Shown here piece after piece: positions 1-9,609 of a stretch of 64,000 nucleotides of DNA. Source of the DNA: Candidatus Uhrbacteria bacterium (GTDB lineage Bacteria; Patescibacteriota; Patescibacteriia; UBA9934; GWF2-40-263). The DNA lies in NCBI GenBank assembly GCA_013204385.1, contig JABMNY010000013.1, positions 517 through 64,516 on the forward strand, read 5' to 3'. Below the pieces are notes generated by a model, which did no database searches, was not told where the DNA came from, and was given only the letters and a program-made list of their open reading frames with translations. Position numbers and translations under genes: made by a program. Every line of letters starts with the position of its first letter. Positions within the stretch are counted from its first letter, which is position 1.

Positions 1-346
1 TATACACGGGACATCCCATGTTTATGTCGAACCCCTCTGGGTGATGTTGTTCCGCAATAATACGTGCGGCTTCTGCCATGGTGGCAGGATCACTCCCAAA
101 CAGTTGTTGAACAATTGGACGCTCATCTTCGTGGATATCCGTCATGTTGAGTGTTTTGTCGTTTCCTCGCACAACTGCCTCTGCGCTTACCATTTCACGA
201 AAAACGATAGGGGCTCCAATCCCGTTCATGCCGGTTCCACCATGAGACACCGCTTTTACCGCACGACAAAAAGCCGAGTCCGTCATGTCAGCCATGGGGG
301 AGAGCGCAATGATAGGTTGAGGGATTTTTGCCCAGTTAAGTTCCAT
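1..346 (-). CDS. tRNA-dihydrouridine synthase (Dus family), N-terminal part; the gene continues past the window edge
   Basis: Reverse-complement translation from the ATG at 346 reads MELNWAKIPQPIIALSPMADMTDSAFCRAVK...FDINMGCPV, matching the Dus flavoprotein N-terminus (SPMAD.TD and DINMGCP motifs). The supplied + ORF 41..403 lies antisense to it. Confidence 0.6.
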   Translation of the reverse strand, partial: MELNWAKIPQPIIALSPMADMTDSAFCRAVKAVSHGGTGMNGIGAPIVFREMVSAEAVVRGNDKTLNMTDIHEDERPIVQQLFGSDPATMAEAARIIAEQHHPEGFDINMGCPVY

Positions 347-399
347 AACGGACAAAGACTACTCGATATATCCATTTCAATCAAGTATAATGAAATCAT

Positions 400-798
400 A
401 TGAAACATGGGAAACAATCTTCGTATTATCTTTATGGGGCCGCGGTTATTGTTGTTGTGGGTCTTCTTATTTTTGCAGTGAAAGATTCAACAGAGGAAAG
501 CGCTCTTTCTCCCTATAGTGCATTTGCTCAATGTCTTACAGAAAATGGGGTAACAATGTATGGAGCTTGGTGGTGTCCGCATTGCGAGAATCAAAAGGAA
601 TTGTTTGGAAGCGCATTCGATCAAGTGGATTATGTTGAGTGTTCAACAGCGGCTCGGACGATGAATCAAACCTGTCAGGATGCGGGCATTGAGGGATATC
701 CAACATGGGAGCTCGGGGATGGGACCCGTTTAGGAGGAGAACAATCTTTAGAAACGCTCGCAACCAAGTCTGGATGCGAATTGCCACTTCTTGAATAG
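400..798 (+). CDS. Thioredoxin-fold thiol:disulfide oxidoreductase (DsbA-like) with an N-terminal membrane anchor and a CPHC active site
   Basis: WCPHC motif, a single N-terminal TM helix, and a 3' overlap of 8 nt with the next ORF (VKOR). Confidence 0.6.
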   Translation: MKHGKQSSYYLYGAAVIVVVGLLIFAVKDSTEESALSPYSAFAQCLTENGVTMYGAWWCPHCENQKELFGSAFDQVDYVECSTAARTMNQTCQDAGIEGYPTWELGDGTRLGGEQSLETLATKSGCELPLLE

Positions 799-1246
799 TA
801 TGAAGAATGCTTCAAAACGTTATATTCAATGGATTGCCGTTCTTGCATTATGTGGAGTTCTTTTGTCTGTGTATTCTTTGTTACATAAGGAAGGATTTAC
901 TGCTGGTGCGTTTTGCAATCTGAATGAAACGTTTAACTGTGACGTGGTGAATCAAGGGCCGTATTCAGAGATATTCGGGATCCCTGTCGCTGTCATGGGA
1001 ATCATTGGCTATTTCTTTCTCCTTGTTGCGACACTCTTAAAAATGAAGCATCCAGAAGATCAGGGGACATCTCTATTTCTTCTTTTGGCGTCATTAGGAG
1101 GATTTGGCTTTGCTCTCTATCTTTCAGGGATTGAAGCATTTGTTCTTCAGACCTGGTGTCTTGTGTGCTTAACCTCGCAAGGTGTTATAACGATTTCGGC
1201 TGTTCTTTCTGTACTTAATTATCGATTGGAAAAAATGTATGACTGA
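791..1246 (+). CDS. Vitamin K epoxide reductase (VKOR) family membrane protein
   Basis: Multi-TM protein with an N-terminal loop Cys pair (CNLNETFNC) and a CLVC redox motif in a TM helix. It is translationally coupled to the upstream Trx-fold gene. Confidence 0.65.
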   Translation: MNSMKNASKRYIQWIAVLALCGVLLSVYSLLHKEGFTAGAFCNLNETFNCDVVNQGPYSEIFGIPVAVMGIIGYFFLLVATLLKMKHPEDQGTSLFLLLASLGGFGFALYLSGIEAFVLQTWCLVCLTSQGVITISAVLSVLNYRLEKMYD

Positions 1247-1463
1247 CACGAATCTCTCGTATACACCAGAAGATCTTTTCAAAGAAGTTGTGGCTCGTTG
1301 TCACGAACAAGGTGTGGCGGAAGAAGGAGCGTATAATGGAATGGTTGAAGAAGTGATTGAGGGACATCGACGTGTCGGGGAGATTCATGATGACGCAGGA
1401 ACGGAAGATCTCGAGGAGCAGATGCGCGGACGTTTTCAAGAGTATAAAGCAACATTGGAGTAG
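1239..1463 (+). CDS. Small acidic hypothetical protein (74 aa)
   Basis: ORF overlaps the VKOR stop by 8 nt and ends 3 nt before the next gene. No recognisable motif. Confidence 0.3.
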   Translation: MTDTNLSYTPEDLFKEVVARCHEQGVAEEGAYNGMVEEVIEGHRRVGEIHDDAGTEDLEEQMRGRFQEYKATLE

Positions 1464-1466
1464 CCT

Positions 1467-2837
1467 ATGAAAGTCTCTTTTCACGGAGCCACACCAGGAG
1501 TTACAGGGTCATGCCATCGACTGCAGGTCAAGGATACGAATGGAAAGAATCATCAAATTCTTTTTGATTGCGGAATGTTTCAAGGAGAACAAATGTGTGG
1601 AAGTAAGAACCATGATGAGTTTGGCTTTGATCCGAAGGAGATCGAGATGGTTTTTGTTTCTCATCCACACGCGGACCATACAGGACGTCTTCCAAAATTA
1701 GTTAAAGAAGGATTTCGTGGCACGATTTTCATGATTGAGCCCTGTGTCGGTCTTACAAAACTTGTTCTAGAAGATGCGCATCACATCATGAAAGAGGATG
1801 CGAAAAGATGTGGAAGCCCGGTTCTCTACGAGCTAGAAGATCTCACCTTAGCGTTTGAGCAAGTAAAAGGTGTTGGGTATCATCAGCAGATTGATATAGC
1901 CCCAGGAGTAAAGGCGATGTTTCATGAAGCAGGGCACGTCTTGGGTTCTGCGTACATTTCTGTGGAGGGAGAAGGGAAGCGTGTGATTTTCTCAGGGGAT
2001 ATTGGAAACGATGATGTTCCCATCTTGCCTGAGACAGAACCTATTTCAAGAGCCGATGTGGTTATTTGCGAATCCACCTACGGGTATCGAAAGCATGAAG
2101 GCGTGGAGACTCGTGCGAGTATGTTAAAAGAAGCCATTGAAGGAGTGATTCATCATCGAGGTGTTTTGATGATTCCCGCCTTTTCAATTGAACGCACACA
2201 AGAGTTGCTTTATGAGATTGATCGGTTGTTGTTAGGAGAATTGAAAACGAAGATGCCAATCTATCTTGATAGTCCGATGGCGATAAAAGCCACAGCTCTG
2301 TATAGACACTACAAACAGTATCTGAAGTTTGATGTCCCTATTTTAAGTGAGCCGGATAATGACTTTTTTAGTTTTCCGAATTTGCGTGAAACATTAAGCG
2401 TTTCTGAATCTAAGGCAATTAATGATTCTCCGTCGCCGAAAATTATCATCGCAGGATCTGGAATGATGTCAGGTGGCCGAATTATGCATCATCTTATTCG
2501 GTATCTCCCAGACAAGAATAATCATCTGCTCATTATTGGATATCAGGCGCGAGGAACCATCGGTCGAAAGTTATTCGATGGAGCAAAGAAGGTGCGTATT
2601 TATGGAACAGAGGTAGATGTACATGCAAAGATGAGTGCGATCGGAGCTTTTTCTGCCCATGGTGATATGGATAAATTAACGCGTTGGATCACGCCAGTGG
2701 ACGGAAAGATACCAGAGAAAATTTTCTTGGTGCACGGCGACCCTGAATCAAAGGAACCATTTGCTAAGCATTTACGAGAGACACTAAAAACAGAGGTACT
2801 TATTCCAGACTATCAAAGTGAGCATGTTATTAATTAA
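1467..2837 (+). CDS. Metallo-beta-lactamase fold beta-CASP ribonuclease (RNase J/CPSF-like, TTHA0252 type)
   Basis: HPHADHTG (HxHxDH) motif, later D/H motifs (ESTYG, AFSAHGD), and a length of 456 aa. Confidence 0.7.
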   Translation: MKVSFHGATPGVTGSCHRLQVKDTNGKNHQILFDCGMFQGEQMCGSKNHDEFGFDPKEIEMVFVSHPHADHTGRLPKLVKEGFRGTIFMIEPCVGLTKLVLEDAHHIMKEDAKRCGSPVLYELEDLTLAFEQVKGVGYHQQIDIAPGVKAMFHEAGHVLGSAYISVEGEGKRVIFSGDIGNDDVPILPETEPISRADVVICESTYGYRKHEGVETRASMLKEAIEGVIHHRGVLMIPAFSIERTQELLYEIDRLLLGELKTKMPIYLDSPMAIKATALYRHYKQYLKFDVPILSEPDNDFFSFPNLRETLSVSESKAINDSPSPKIIIAGSGMMSGGRIMHHLIRYLPDKNNHLLIIGYQARGTIGRKLFDGAKKVRIYGTEVDVHAKMSAIGAFSAHGDMDKLTRWITPVDGKIPEKIFLVHGDPESKEPFAKHLRETLKTEVLIPDYQSEHVIN

Positions 2838-2854
2838 CTTGAGATAGATATTTT

Positions 2855-3406
2855 ATGGAAGAATATAGCACTGATTCCTCAAAAGAGAAGGAAGAAAATC
2901 CAGAAGGTTTAAAAGAATCAAGTAAGCAATTTGAATATACACCTACACAAAATGACCTTGATGATGCAAAAGCCTATGTTATGGAAGTGCAAGGTATCTT
3001 ACATAGAATATCGGATGGAGACAGATCACTCTTGGGGTTAGAAGCTCAGTTCCTTGAAGATGTTCCAAATGCACTTCGAGAAGGTCAACTAATTTCACTG
3101 GAAAAAAATGAACTACAAGAACTTGCGATGACAGCAATTGGGAACATTGGTTTATTAAAAGATGCGGAAAGAGCCATAGAATGGATGATAACTGGGCAAA
3201 ACAAGGCTGTCACAGTAAATGGAAGATCAAGAGTTATTACTCAAGGGGGAGATATTACATATGCTTTAGATATCCCGGAACTAAACGCAGCTAAAAGAAG
3301 GGTTGAAAGTGCTTTAGTAGTAGCTGAGAAACGTCAAGAAAAATATGAATCTTTGCTCCAAGAGCAAATTCGAATAAGTATCGGTTCAGAAAATGGAGTT
3401 GTATAG
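2855..3406 (+). CDS. Hypothetical protein (183 aa), in an AT-rich stretch
   Basis: Long ORF with coding-like composition and locally low GC (about 38%). No recognisable motif. Confidence 0.4.
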   Translation: MEEYSTDSSKEKEENPEGLKESSKQFEYTPTQNDLDDAKAYVMEVQGILHRISDGDRSLLGLEAQFLEDVPNALREGQLISLEKNELQELAMTAIGNIGLLKDAERAIEWMITGQNKAVTVNGRSRVITQGGDITYALDIPELNAAKRRVESALVVAEKRQEKYESLLQEQIRISIGSENGVV

Positions 3407-3507
3407 AAATAAAACTGTCAGGAAATTAACAGTCAGAGAGAATTTCGTTTGAAATATAGTACTTTGTTCTTTTCAATAACATCGAGATGCGCTACCATGC
3501 CTGCGTT

Positions 3508-5301
3508 ATGGATCAATCTCATATTCGGAATTTTTGCATTATTGCTCACATTGATCATGGGAAGTCGACCCTTTCGGATCGACTTTTAGAAATGACTGGA
3601 TCTGTGGATGCGCGCAACATGAAGGCGCAGATTTTAGATTCGATGGATCTCGAGCGTGAAAAGGGAATTACTATAAAACTCGCGCCTGCTCGCATGGTCT
3701 ATAAGGACCACACGTTGAACCTGATCGACACTCCTGGGCATGTTGATTTTACGTATGAAGTGAGTCGATCTCTTGCGGCAGTTGAGGGAGCAATTCTGCT
3801 TGTAGATGCCTCGCAAGGTGTTCAGGCTCAAACAATTGGAAATTTGTACTTGGCAATGGAGGAGAATCTGGAAATTATTCCTGTTCTGAATAAAATTGAT
3901 CTTCCAAACGCAGATGTCCCAGCGCGCACAGCAGAACTCGTTCAGCTCATTGGATGTAAGCCTGAAGAAATTTTAGCGGTGAGTGGGAAAACAGGGGAAG
4001 GGGTTCCTGAACTTTTGGAGGCAATCATAAAACGTATCCCTTGTCCTACGGGAGATATTTCCGCACCCGTGCGCGCACTTATTTTTGATTCGTTTTATGA
4101 CGACTATCGAGGAGTCATGGCGTATGTGCGTGTGGTGGATGGTGCGATTGAAAAAGGAAAGCGGATTAAAATGATTGCCACAGGCTTTGATATTCAAGTG
4201 TTGGAAACAGGAGCCGTTACCCCCAATGGACTTAAGGGTGTTCAAACACTTGAGTGTGGTCAGATTGGGTACATTGTAACAGGACTCAAAGAAATAAATG
4301 GATGTCGCGTAGGAGATACGATTACGGTCCCAGCAGAGCATCTTCCGAACGCGCTTCCTGGATACAAAGAGGTAAAGCCTATGGTCTTTGCTGGAGTGTT
4401 TCCAGAAGAAGGAGATGATTTTAATCGGCTTCGGGAATCGATGGAACGTTTGAAGTTGAATGATTCAGCGCTTGTCTATGAATCAGAACATTCCCCAGCT
4501 CTTGGATTTGGATTTCGATGCGGACTCTTGGGGATGCTTCACTTGGAAATTTTGAAAGCACGTCTTGAGCGTGAGTTCCATATCGATCTTGTTGTGACCG
4601 TGCCATCTGTCGCGTATGAAGTGTATTTGCGAAATGGAACAAATATCCGAATTAAGAGTCCTCTTGAGCTTCCGGATCCTTCACTCATTGAGTACGTGAA
4701 AGAGCCTTGGGTTAAAATTGATATTGTTTCTCCAACGGAATACATCGGTGTCATCATGCAGTTACTGCAAGAGCGTCGTGGAATCTATGAAACAACGGAG
4801 TATCTCTCAGGAGATCGCGCGATTTTGCATTATCAAATTCCTCTTGCCATGATCATTGTTGATTTTTACGATAAGTTGAAAAGCATTTCTGCAGGATATG
4901 CTTCACTCAATTACGAACTTATCGATTATCGTGAGGCAGATGTGGTGAAACTTGATATGATGGTGGCAGAAGAACCTGTTGATGCCTTTTCCACACTTGT
5001 TTATCGTGATGAGGCGGAGCGTGCAGGACGTCGAATTGCAAAAGTTTTAAAAGAGACTATTCCTCGTCAGAATTTTGTGATTAAACTTCAAGCGTCTATT
5101 GGAGGAAAAGTTGTGGCCTCCGAGCGCATTTCTGCGATGCGAAAAGATGTGACGGCGGGATTGTATGGGGGAGATGTTACACGAAAACGAAAACTGCTTG
5201 ATAAACAAAAGAAAGGAAAGGCTCGCATGGCGGCAATGGGGAAGGGGAAAGTAAATATCCCGACAGACGTGTATTTAAAAGTTCTTAAAAGAGATTCTTA
5301 A
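3508..5301 (+). CDS. lepA: Translation elongation factor 4 (LepA)
   Basis: IRNFCIIAHIDHGKSTLSDRL G1 motif, DTPGHVDF, NKID, and the LepA-specific C-terminal region. Start placed at the internal ATG 3508, which matches the canonical LepA N-terminus. Confidence 0.9.
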   Translation: MDQSHIRNFCIIAHIDHGKSTLSDRLLEMTGSVDARNMKAQILDSMDLEREKGITIKLAPARMVYKDHTLNLIDTPGHVDFTYEVSRSLAAVEGAILLVDASQGVQAQTIGNLYLAMEENLEIIPVLNKIDLPNADVPARTAELVQLIGCKPEEILAVSGKTGEGVPELLEAIIKRIPCPTGDISAPVRALIFDSFYDDYRGVMAYVRVVDGAIEKGKRIKMIATGFDIQVLETGAVTPNGLKGVQTLECGQIGYIVTGLKEINGCRVGDTITVPAEHLPNALPGYKEVKPMVFAGVFPEEGDDFNRLRESMERLKLNDSALVYESEHSPALGFGFRCGLLGMLHLEILKARLEREFHIDLVVTVPSVAYEVYLRNGTNIRIKSPLELPDPSLIEYVKEPWVKIDIVSPTEYIGVIMQLLQERRGIYETTEYLSGDRAILHYQIPLAMIIVDFYDKLKSISAGYASLNYELIDYREADVVKLDMMVAEEPVDAFSTLVYRDEAERAGRRIAKVLKETIPRQNFVIKLQASIGGKVVASERISAMRKDVTAGLYGGDVTRKRKLLDKQKKGKARMAAMGKGKVNIPTDVYLKVLKRDS

Positions 5302-5303
5302 CT

Positions 5304-5402
5304 ATGAAAAAAAACGCGCTTCGTGCATTTTGGGCAGTTGTTGGAACAATGGTGATTCTAAGTATGGTGATGGTTAGTTTTGCAGTAGGTTTCAGTCTCT
5401 AA
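5304..5402 (+). CDS. Possible 32-aa single-TM small membrane peptide
   Basis: ATG at 5304 reads MKKNALRAFWAVVGTMVILSMVMVSFAVGFSL and stops at TAA 5400-5402. It is not in the ORF track because it is under 60 aa. No clear SD. Confidence 0.2.
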   Translation: MKKNALRAFWAVVGTMVILSMVMVSFAVGFSL

Positions 5403-5420
5403 TTTTTCTCTCTCCCCTCC

Positions 5421-7151
5421 GTGCCAAAAAAATGGCTCATTGCAGAGCCAATTACGTCTGAGATTCAAAAACAATTTCCGGAATTCGATCGGGTTGTTTT
5501 GCAATTGCTCTGGAATCGAGGGCAACAATCACAAGAACAAATGGATGTGTTTCTTGGACCTGATTGGAGTCGAGACACCTATGATCCAGCACTCTTTCTT
5601 AATATGCACACCGCTGTGCAGAGGGTGTTTCGTGCACTTAATGAGGGGGAAGTGATTACAATCCATGGAGATTACGATGCGGATGGAACGTGTGGAACAG
5701 CGGTCTTGTTTATCACCTTGCGAGATGTGTGTCGAAGTTTTGGATTTGATGAATCAAAAATTACGACATATATCCCACATCGGGAAAAGGAAGGGTATGG
5801 ACTTTCTATTCCCACAATTGAACAGTTATCTTCACATGACAAAACAACCGTCGTGATTACGGTCGATTGTGGAATCTCGAACAAATCAGCGATCGATCGA
5901 GGAAAAGAACTTGGGATTGATACAATCGTTTGTGATCATCATGCCATGCCTGTCGAGCTTCCAGATGCCACTTTGATCCATCCGCAAGTTCCAGGGGAAA
6001 CATTTCCAAATAAGTATTTATGTGGAACGGGGGTCGCGTTCAAACTCGCGAGTGCATTAATATCTGAAGCGCGTGCGCAAGGAGCAGAATTACCTGAAGG
6101 GTTTGAGAAGTGGCTTCTAGATCTTGTTGCAATCGCTACCGTAACAGATGTTGTGCCGCTTACTGGGGAGAATCGCGTATTAGAAACCTATGGACTTCGT
6201 GTCTTAAACAAGACACGAAGAATTGGAATTCGAAAATTATTAGATGTCGCAGGATCAACGCTGGGAGAACTTGATACCGTTTCTATTGGATTTCAGATTG
6301 GACCACGTTTGAATGCGGCGGGACGCATGACGCACGCACAAGAAGCCCTTGCGTTATTAATTGAAGAGGATGAAGTTGAGGCTTCGAAGCTTGCGATGCG
6401 ACTCCAAGAGATTAATGTAGAGCGCCAAAAAGCGTCTCAAGAAATGTATCTTGAAGCAAAGGCGCAATTAGGGGATGTGACAGGACTATCTCTCCTTGTA
6501 GCTGTTCAGGAGGGGTGGGGAGCAGGACTTGTTGGACTTGTTGCAGGAAAATTATTGGGAGATTTTGGAATCCCTGTGTTTGTTGTAGGGAAAGAGGGAG
6601 ATCGATACGTAGGCTCAGGGAGAAGTATTGAAGGGTTTGATATTACACAAGCATTACATCACGCTAAGGATTACTTAGATAAATTTGGAGGACATCCTCA
6701 AGCGTGTGGGTTCTCTTCTCATGGGAATGAACGGTTCGAGCACGCAGTTGAGATGATGAAACGCTATGCGGCTGAGCACATTGATGCACAGACCTTGGAG
6801 CCTACAATTCAAGCGGATGCACAGATCTCTCTAGAGGATATTTCTTGGGAGCTATTCGATGCCGTGCAGAAATTTCGACCATTTGGATCAGGGAATGCAA
6901 CACCTCTGTTCGTATCTCGACAGGTTCACGTGTCTTCTTTTGCAACGGTAGGAAAGGAGGGCGCACATCTTAAGCTCGGGCTTGAGTCACAAACGGGTAA
7001 ACGCGTGGAAGCCATTGGGTTTCGATTCGGAGAATGGACTCAAAAACTTACACTCGGATGTGCGATCGATATTGTGTTTGAAATTCAAGTTAATGAGTGG
7101 AATGGAAATCGATCGTTACAGATACGCATTGTTGATCTACAATTGTTATAA
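5421..7151 (+). CDS. recJ: Single-stranded-DNA-specific exonuclease RecJ
   Basis: DHH family motifs (HGDYDADGTCG, VDCG, CDHH) followed by a DHHA1 region and a C-terminal OB-like domain. Confidence 0.85.
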   Translation: MPKKWLIAEPITSEIQKQFPEFDRVVLQLLWNRGQQSQEQMDVFLGPDWSRDTYDPALFLNMHTAVQRVFRALNEGEVITIHGDYDADGTCGTAVLFITLRDVCRSFGFDESKITTYIPHREKEGYGLSIPTIEQLSSHDKTTVVITVDCGISNKSAIDRGKELGIDTIVCDHHAMPVELPDATLIHPQVPGETFPNKYLCGTGVAFKLASALISEARAQGAELPEGFEKWLLDLVAIATVTDVVPLTGENRVLETYGLRVLNKTRRIGIRKLLDVAGSTLGELDTVSIGFQIGPRLNAAGRMTHAQEALALLIEEDEVEASKLAMRLQEINVERQKASQEMYLEAKAQLGDVTGLSLLVAVQEGWGAGLVGLVAGKLLGDFGIPVFVVGKEGDRYVGSGRSIEGFDITQALHHAKDYLDKFGGHPQACGFSSHGNERFEHAVEMMKRYAAEHIDAQTLEPTIQADAQISLEDISWELFDAVQKFRPFGSGNATPLFVSRQVHVSSFATVGKEGAHLKLGLESQTGKRVEAIGFRFGEWTQKLTLGCAIDIVFEIQVNEWNGNRSLQIRIVDLQLL

Positions 7152-7154
7152 TAT

Positions 7155-7559
7155 ATGGAAGTACACATTTATACAGACGGAGGATCACGTGGAAATCCTG
7201 GGCCAGCAGCTTCAGGGGCCGTGATTAAGTTGCCAGATGGCACAGTGCTTGCAGAGGTGATGAAATATCTTGGAAGAACAACAAACAATCAAGCCGAATA
7301 TACAGCGATTATTATTGGGCTTGAACGTGCTGCGGAACTTGGGGCAACACATGTTTCTTTATTTATGGATTCTGAGCTTGCAACGAAACAACTAAAAGGA
7401 GAGTACAAAGTCAAAAATCCAGAGATTGCAAAAAGATTCTTAGAGGTGAAGAATCTGTTACATGCATTTGATCAAGTCACATTTACACATATTCGTCGCG
7501 AAAAAAATACGGAAGCAGATGCATTGGTGAACATCTGTCTGGATAACCAGATGTGTTAA
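7155..7559 (+). CDS. rnhA: Ribonuclease HI
   Basis: IYTDGGSRGNPGPAA start, the conserved D/E/D catalytic residues, and a TEADAL-type end. Confidence 0.85.
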   Translation: MEVHIYTDGGSRGNPGPAASGAVIKLPDGTVLAEVMKYLGRTTNNQAEYTAIIIGLERAAELGATHVSLFMDSELATKQLKGEYKVKNPEIAKRFLEVKNLLHAFDQVTFTHIRREKNTEADALVNICLDNQMC

Positions 7560-7581
7560 CTGTGATATACTAAGAGTATCT

Positions 7582-8724
7582 ATGGGCTTGTTCGGAAAAA
7601 AAAAGCCAAACAGTTTTCTTGGAGTCGACATTGGTGCGAGTAGTATTAAGGTTGTCGAATTCGAAGCAAAGAAAGGGCGGCCCGTACTCTTAACGTATGG
7701 GTATGCAGAGCTTCCAAATGCGCAAGCTGGGGAGACTTTGTTTGATCTACCAAAAGAAACAGGAGAACTCCTTGCGCGTGTGTGTAGGGAAGCAGGGACA
7801 AAATCGACAGCGACCATGGTTGCGTTACCAACGTCTCACGTGTTTACGTCAATTCTTTCTTTAACAAACGTTAAAGATAAACGACAAAGACAAGCTGTTG
7901 TTGATGCGGAGATTGCAAAATTAGCCCCACTTCCTCTGTCTGAAATGATTTTGCAGACAACGTTTCTAGATGATGAGAAGAAGACTGACACAGGAAAGAA
8001 AAAAGAAAAAAAGGGGAAAAAGGATGAGACATTAGCAGAGACTCCTGAAGAACCAAAAGCGAAATCAAAACAGTTCCGTGCCCTTGTCACAGGTTCGGCG
8101 AAAACGTTCATTCAGAAATACATTGAAATTTTCAAGACGGCAAAGTTGAATCTTCAAGCAATCGACACAGAATCTCTTGCGCTTATCCGATCTTTAGTCG
8201 GAAAGGATAAGGGGGCGATCATGATTATTGATATTGGATCTAAGCGAACAACGCTCATGGTTGTTGAGGCAGGGATTCCGTTTGTTTCACGTTCAATCAA
8301 TCTTGGAGGAGATACGGTTACACGAGCCCTGATGCAACAAATGGATCTTCCAGAAGAAGATGCAGAACGAATGAAACGAGATTTAGGAACGGTTTCTGCG
8401 GGAGGATCTGGGTTGGCAGGGGACCTTCCAAAGGTGCTTGAAGTCCTGATGCTTCCACTTGTGAATGAGATTAATTTTGCCTTCCAGCTCTATGCAAGCA
8501 TGGAGCTTGCTCAGATAAAAAAGGTGGAAAAAATTGTCCTGACGGGTGGATCTTCACATCTCCCTCGGATTCCTGAGTATTTAGCAACAGTTTTGAATAT
8601 GAATGTGTATCGAGGTGATCCATGGGCACGCGTGTTGTTTCCACAAGACCTTGCAAGTGTCTTAGAAGAAATTGGACCTCGTATGAGTGTGGCAATTGGA
8701 CTCGCAATGAGAGAAATGGATTAA
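7582..8724 (+). CDS. pilM: Type IV pilus assembly protein PilM (actin-like ATPase fold) carrying a Lys/Glu-rich insertion
   Basis: LGVDIGASSIKVVE N-terminus and IIDIGSKRTTL second ATPase motif. An insertion reads KKTDTGKKKEKKGKKDE. Confidence 0.75.
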   Translation: MGLFGKKKPNSFLGVDIGASSIKVVEFEAKKGRPVLLTYGYAELPNAQAGETLFDLPKETGELLARVCREAGTKSTATMVALPTSHVFTSILSLTNVKDKRQRQAVVDAEIAKLAPLPLSEMILQTTFLDDEKKTDTGKKKEKKGKKDETLAETPEEPKAKSKQFRALVTGSAKTFIQKYIEIFKTAKLNLQAIDTESLALIRSLVGKDKGAIMIIDIGSKRTTLMVVEAGIPFVSRSINLGGDTVTRALMQQMDLPEEDAERMKRDLGTVSAGGSGLAGDLPKVLEVLMLPLVNEINFAFQLYASMELAQIKKVEKIVLTGGSSHLPRIPEYLATVLNMNVYRGDPWARVLFPQDLASVLEEIGPRMSVAIGLAMREMD

Positions 8725-8725
8725 T

Positions 8726-9109
8726 ATGGCAAAAAAAAGTTTACTCATGATTGATCAGGATGCCTTTTACGGTGGGATTTACGCCAACAGATTCGAGTCA
8801 GCTGGATGGAGTGTTGCTCTTGAAGAAACAATTGGGGATGCAGATAAACGACTTGAGCGAGAGGTTCCAGACGTCATTATCATGGATCTAAACCCACTTG
8901 ATGAGTCTCTTGCCTTCCTTCAGCGTGTGAGGCAGAATCCAAAAACGACTCAGGTACTGCAGATTGCACTGACAGATCTAGGAGATCGTGAGACGATGTT
9001 GTTGGCGATGGATGCGGGAGTCGATAGTTATCTTCTAAAAGGGCATTTTGTCCCAGCCGAAGCAGTCAAAAAGGTAAAACGTTTATTAGAGGAAAAAAAA
9101 TCCGTATGA
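8726..9109 (+). CDS. CheY-like receiver (REC) domain protein
   Basis: About 120 aa with the pattern hhh-D ... IIMDLNP ... K expected of a receiver domain. The acidic pocket is atypical (MIDQD). Confidence 0.5.
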   Translation: MAKKSLLMIDQDAFYGGIYANRFESAGWSVALEETIGDADKRLEREVPDVIIMDLNPLDESLAFLQRVRQNPKTTQVLQIALTDLGDRETMLLAMDAGVDSYLLKGHFVPAEAVKKVKRLLEEKKSV

Positions 9110-9609
9110 AAACACAAAAAGGATTTACGCTTGTTGAGTTATTAGTCGTTATTGCGATTATTGCACTTGTTGGAGTGATGGCAGCGGTGGCAGTGAATTC
9201 AGCTCGGTCAAAGCAACGTGATGCGACACGACTTTCTAATGTGCGCTTACTTCAGTCTGCTCTTGAAGACTACTTCAACGAAACGAATGCGTATCCTGTA
9301 GGTGAACTTCTTCCATTGGGAGATGTCTCACAGAGTACCTGCCTTGGATCTGATGGGTTTGCAGTTGATTGTTCTGTTGCAGAATCCGTCTTTTTGCGCG
9401 TTGTTCCAGAAACATATGAAGATGGTTTAGATGGTATTGTCACCTGTGGTGAGCCATCCAGGCGCGCGTTTTGTTATACGGCCCTTCAAGAGGGAGAATC
9501 GTACGTGATCCATTTTGAACTCGAGAATGGACTTACACCTGTTGGACTTCAGGCTGGAGTAAACTGCGCCACCCCTGACGGAATGGAAGCAGGAATTTGT
9601 AGTGAATAA
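9106..9609 (+). CDS. Type IV pilin / prepilin-type N-terminal cleavage-methylation domain protein
   Basis: KGFTLVELLVVIAIIALV class III signal (G|FTLVE) and C-terminal Cys residues. Confidence 0.75.
   Translation: MKTQKGFTLVELLVVIAIIALVGVMAAVAVNSARSKQRDATRLSNVRLLQSALEDYFNETNAYPVGELLPLGDVSQSTCLGSDGFAVDCSVAESVFLRVVPETYEDGLDGIVTCGEPSRRAFCYTALQEGESYVIHFELENGLTPVGLQAGVNCATPDGMEAGICSE

Noticed and set aside
41-403. + strand ORF of 120 aa at the window start
   Set aside because: It lies antisense to a clearly recognisable Dus (tRNA-dihydrouridine synthase) N-terminus on the minus strand, and its sequence is low-complexity and Cys/His-rich nonsense.
3634-4757. Several 60-120 aa minus-strand ORFs inside lepA (and similar ones inside recJ, ligA, gatA, dnaG, rpoD and the MFP gene)
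   Set aside because: They are antisense to strongly supported conserved genes and have no motifs or SDs. They are typical shadow ORFs.
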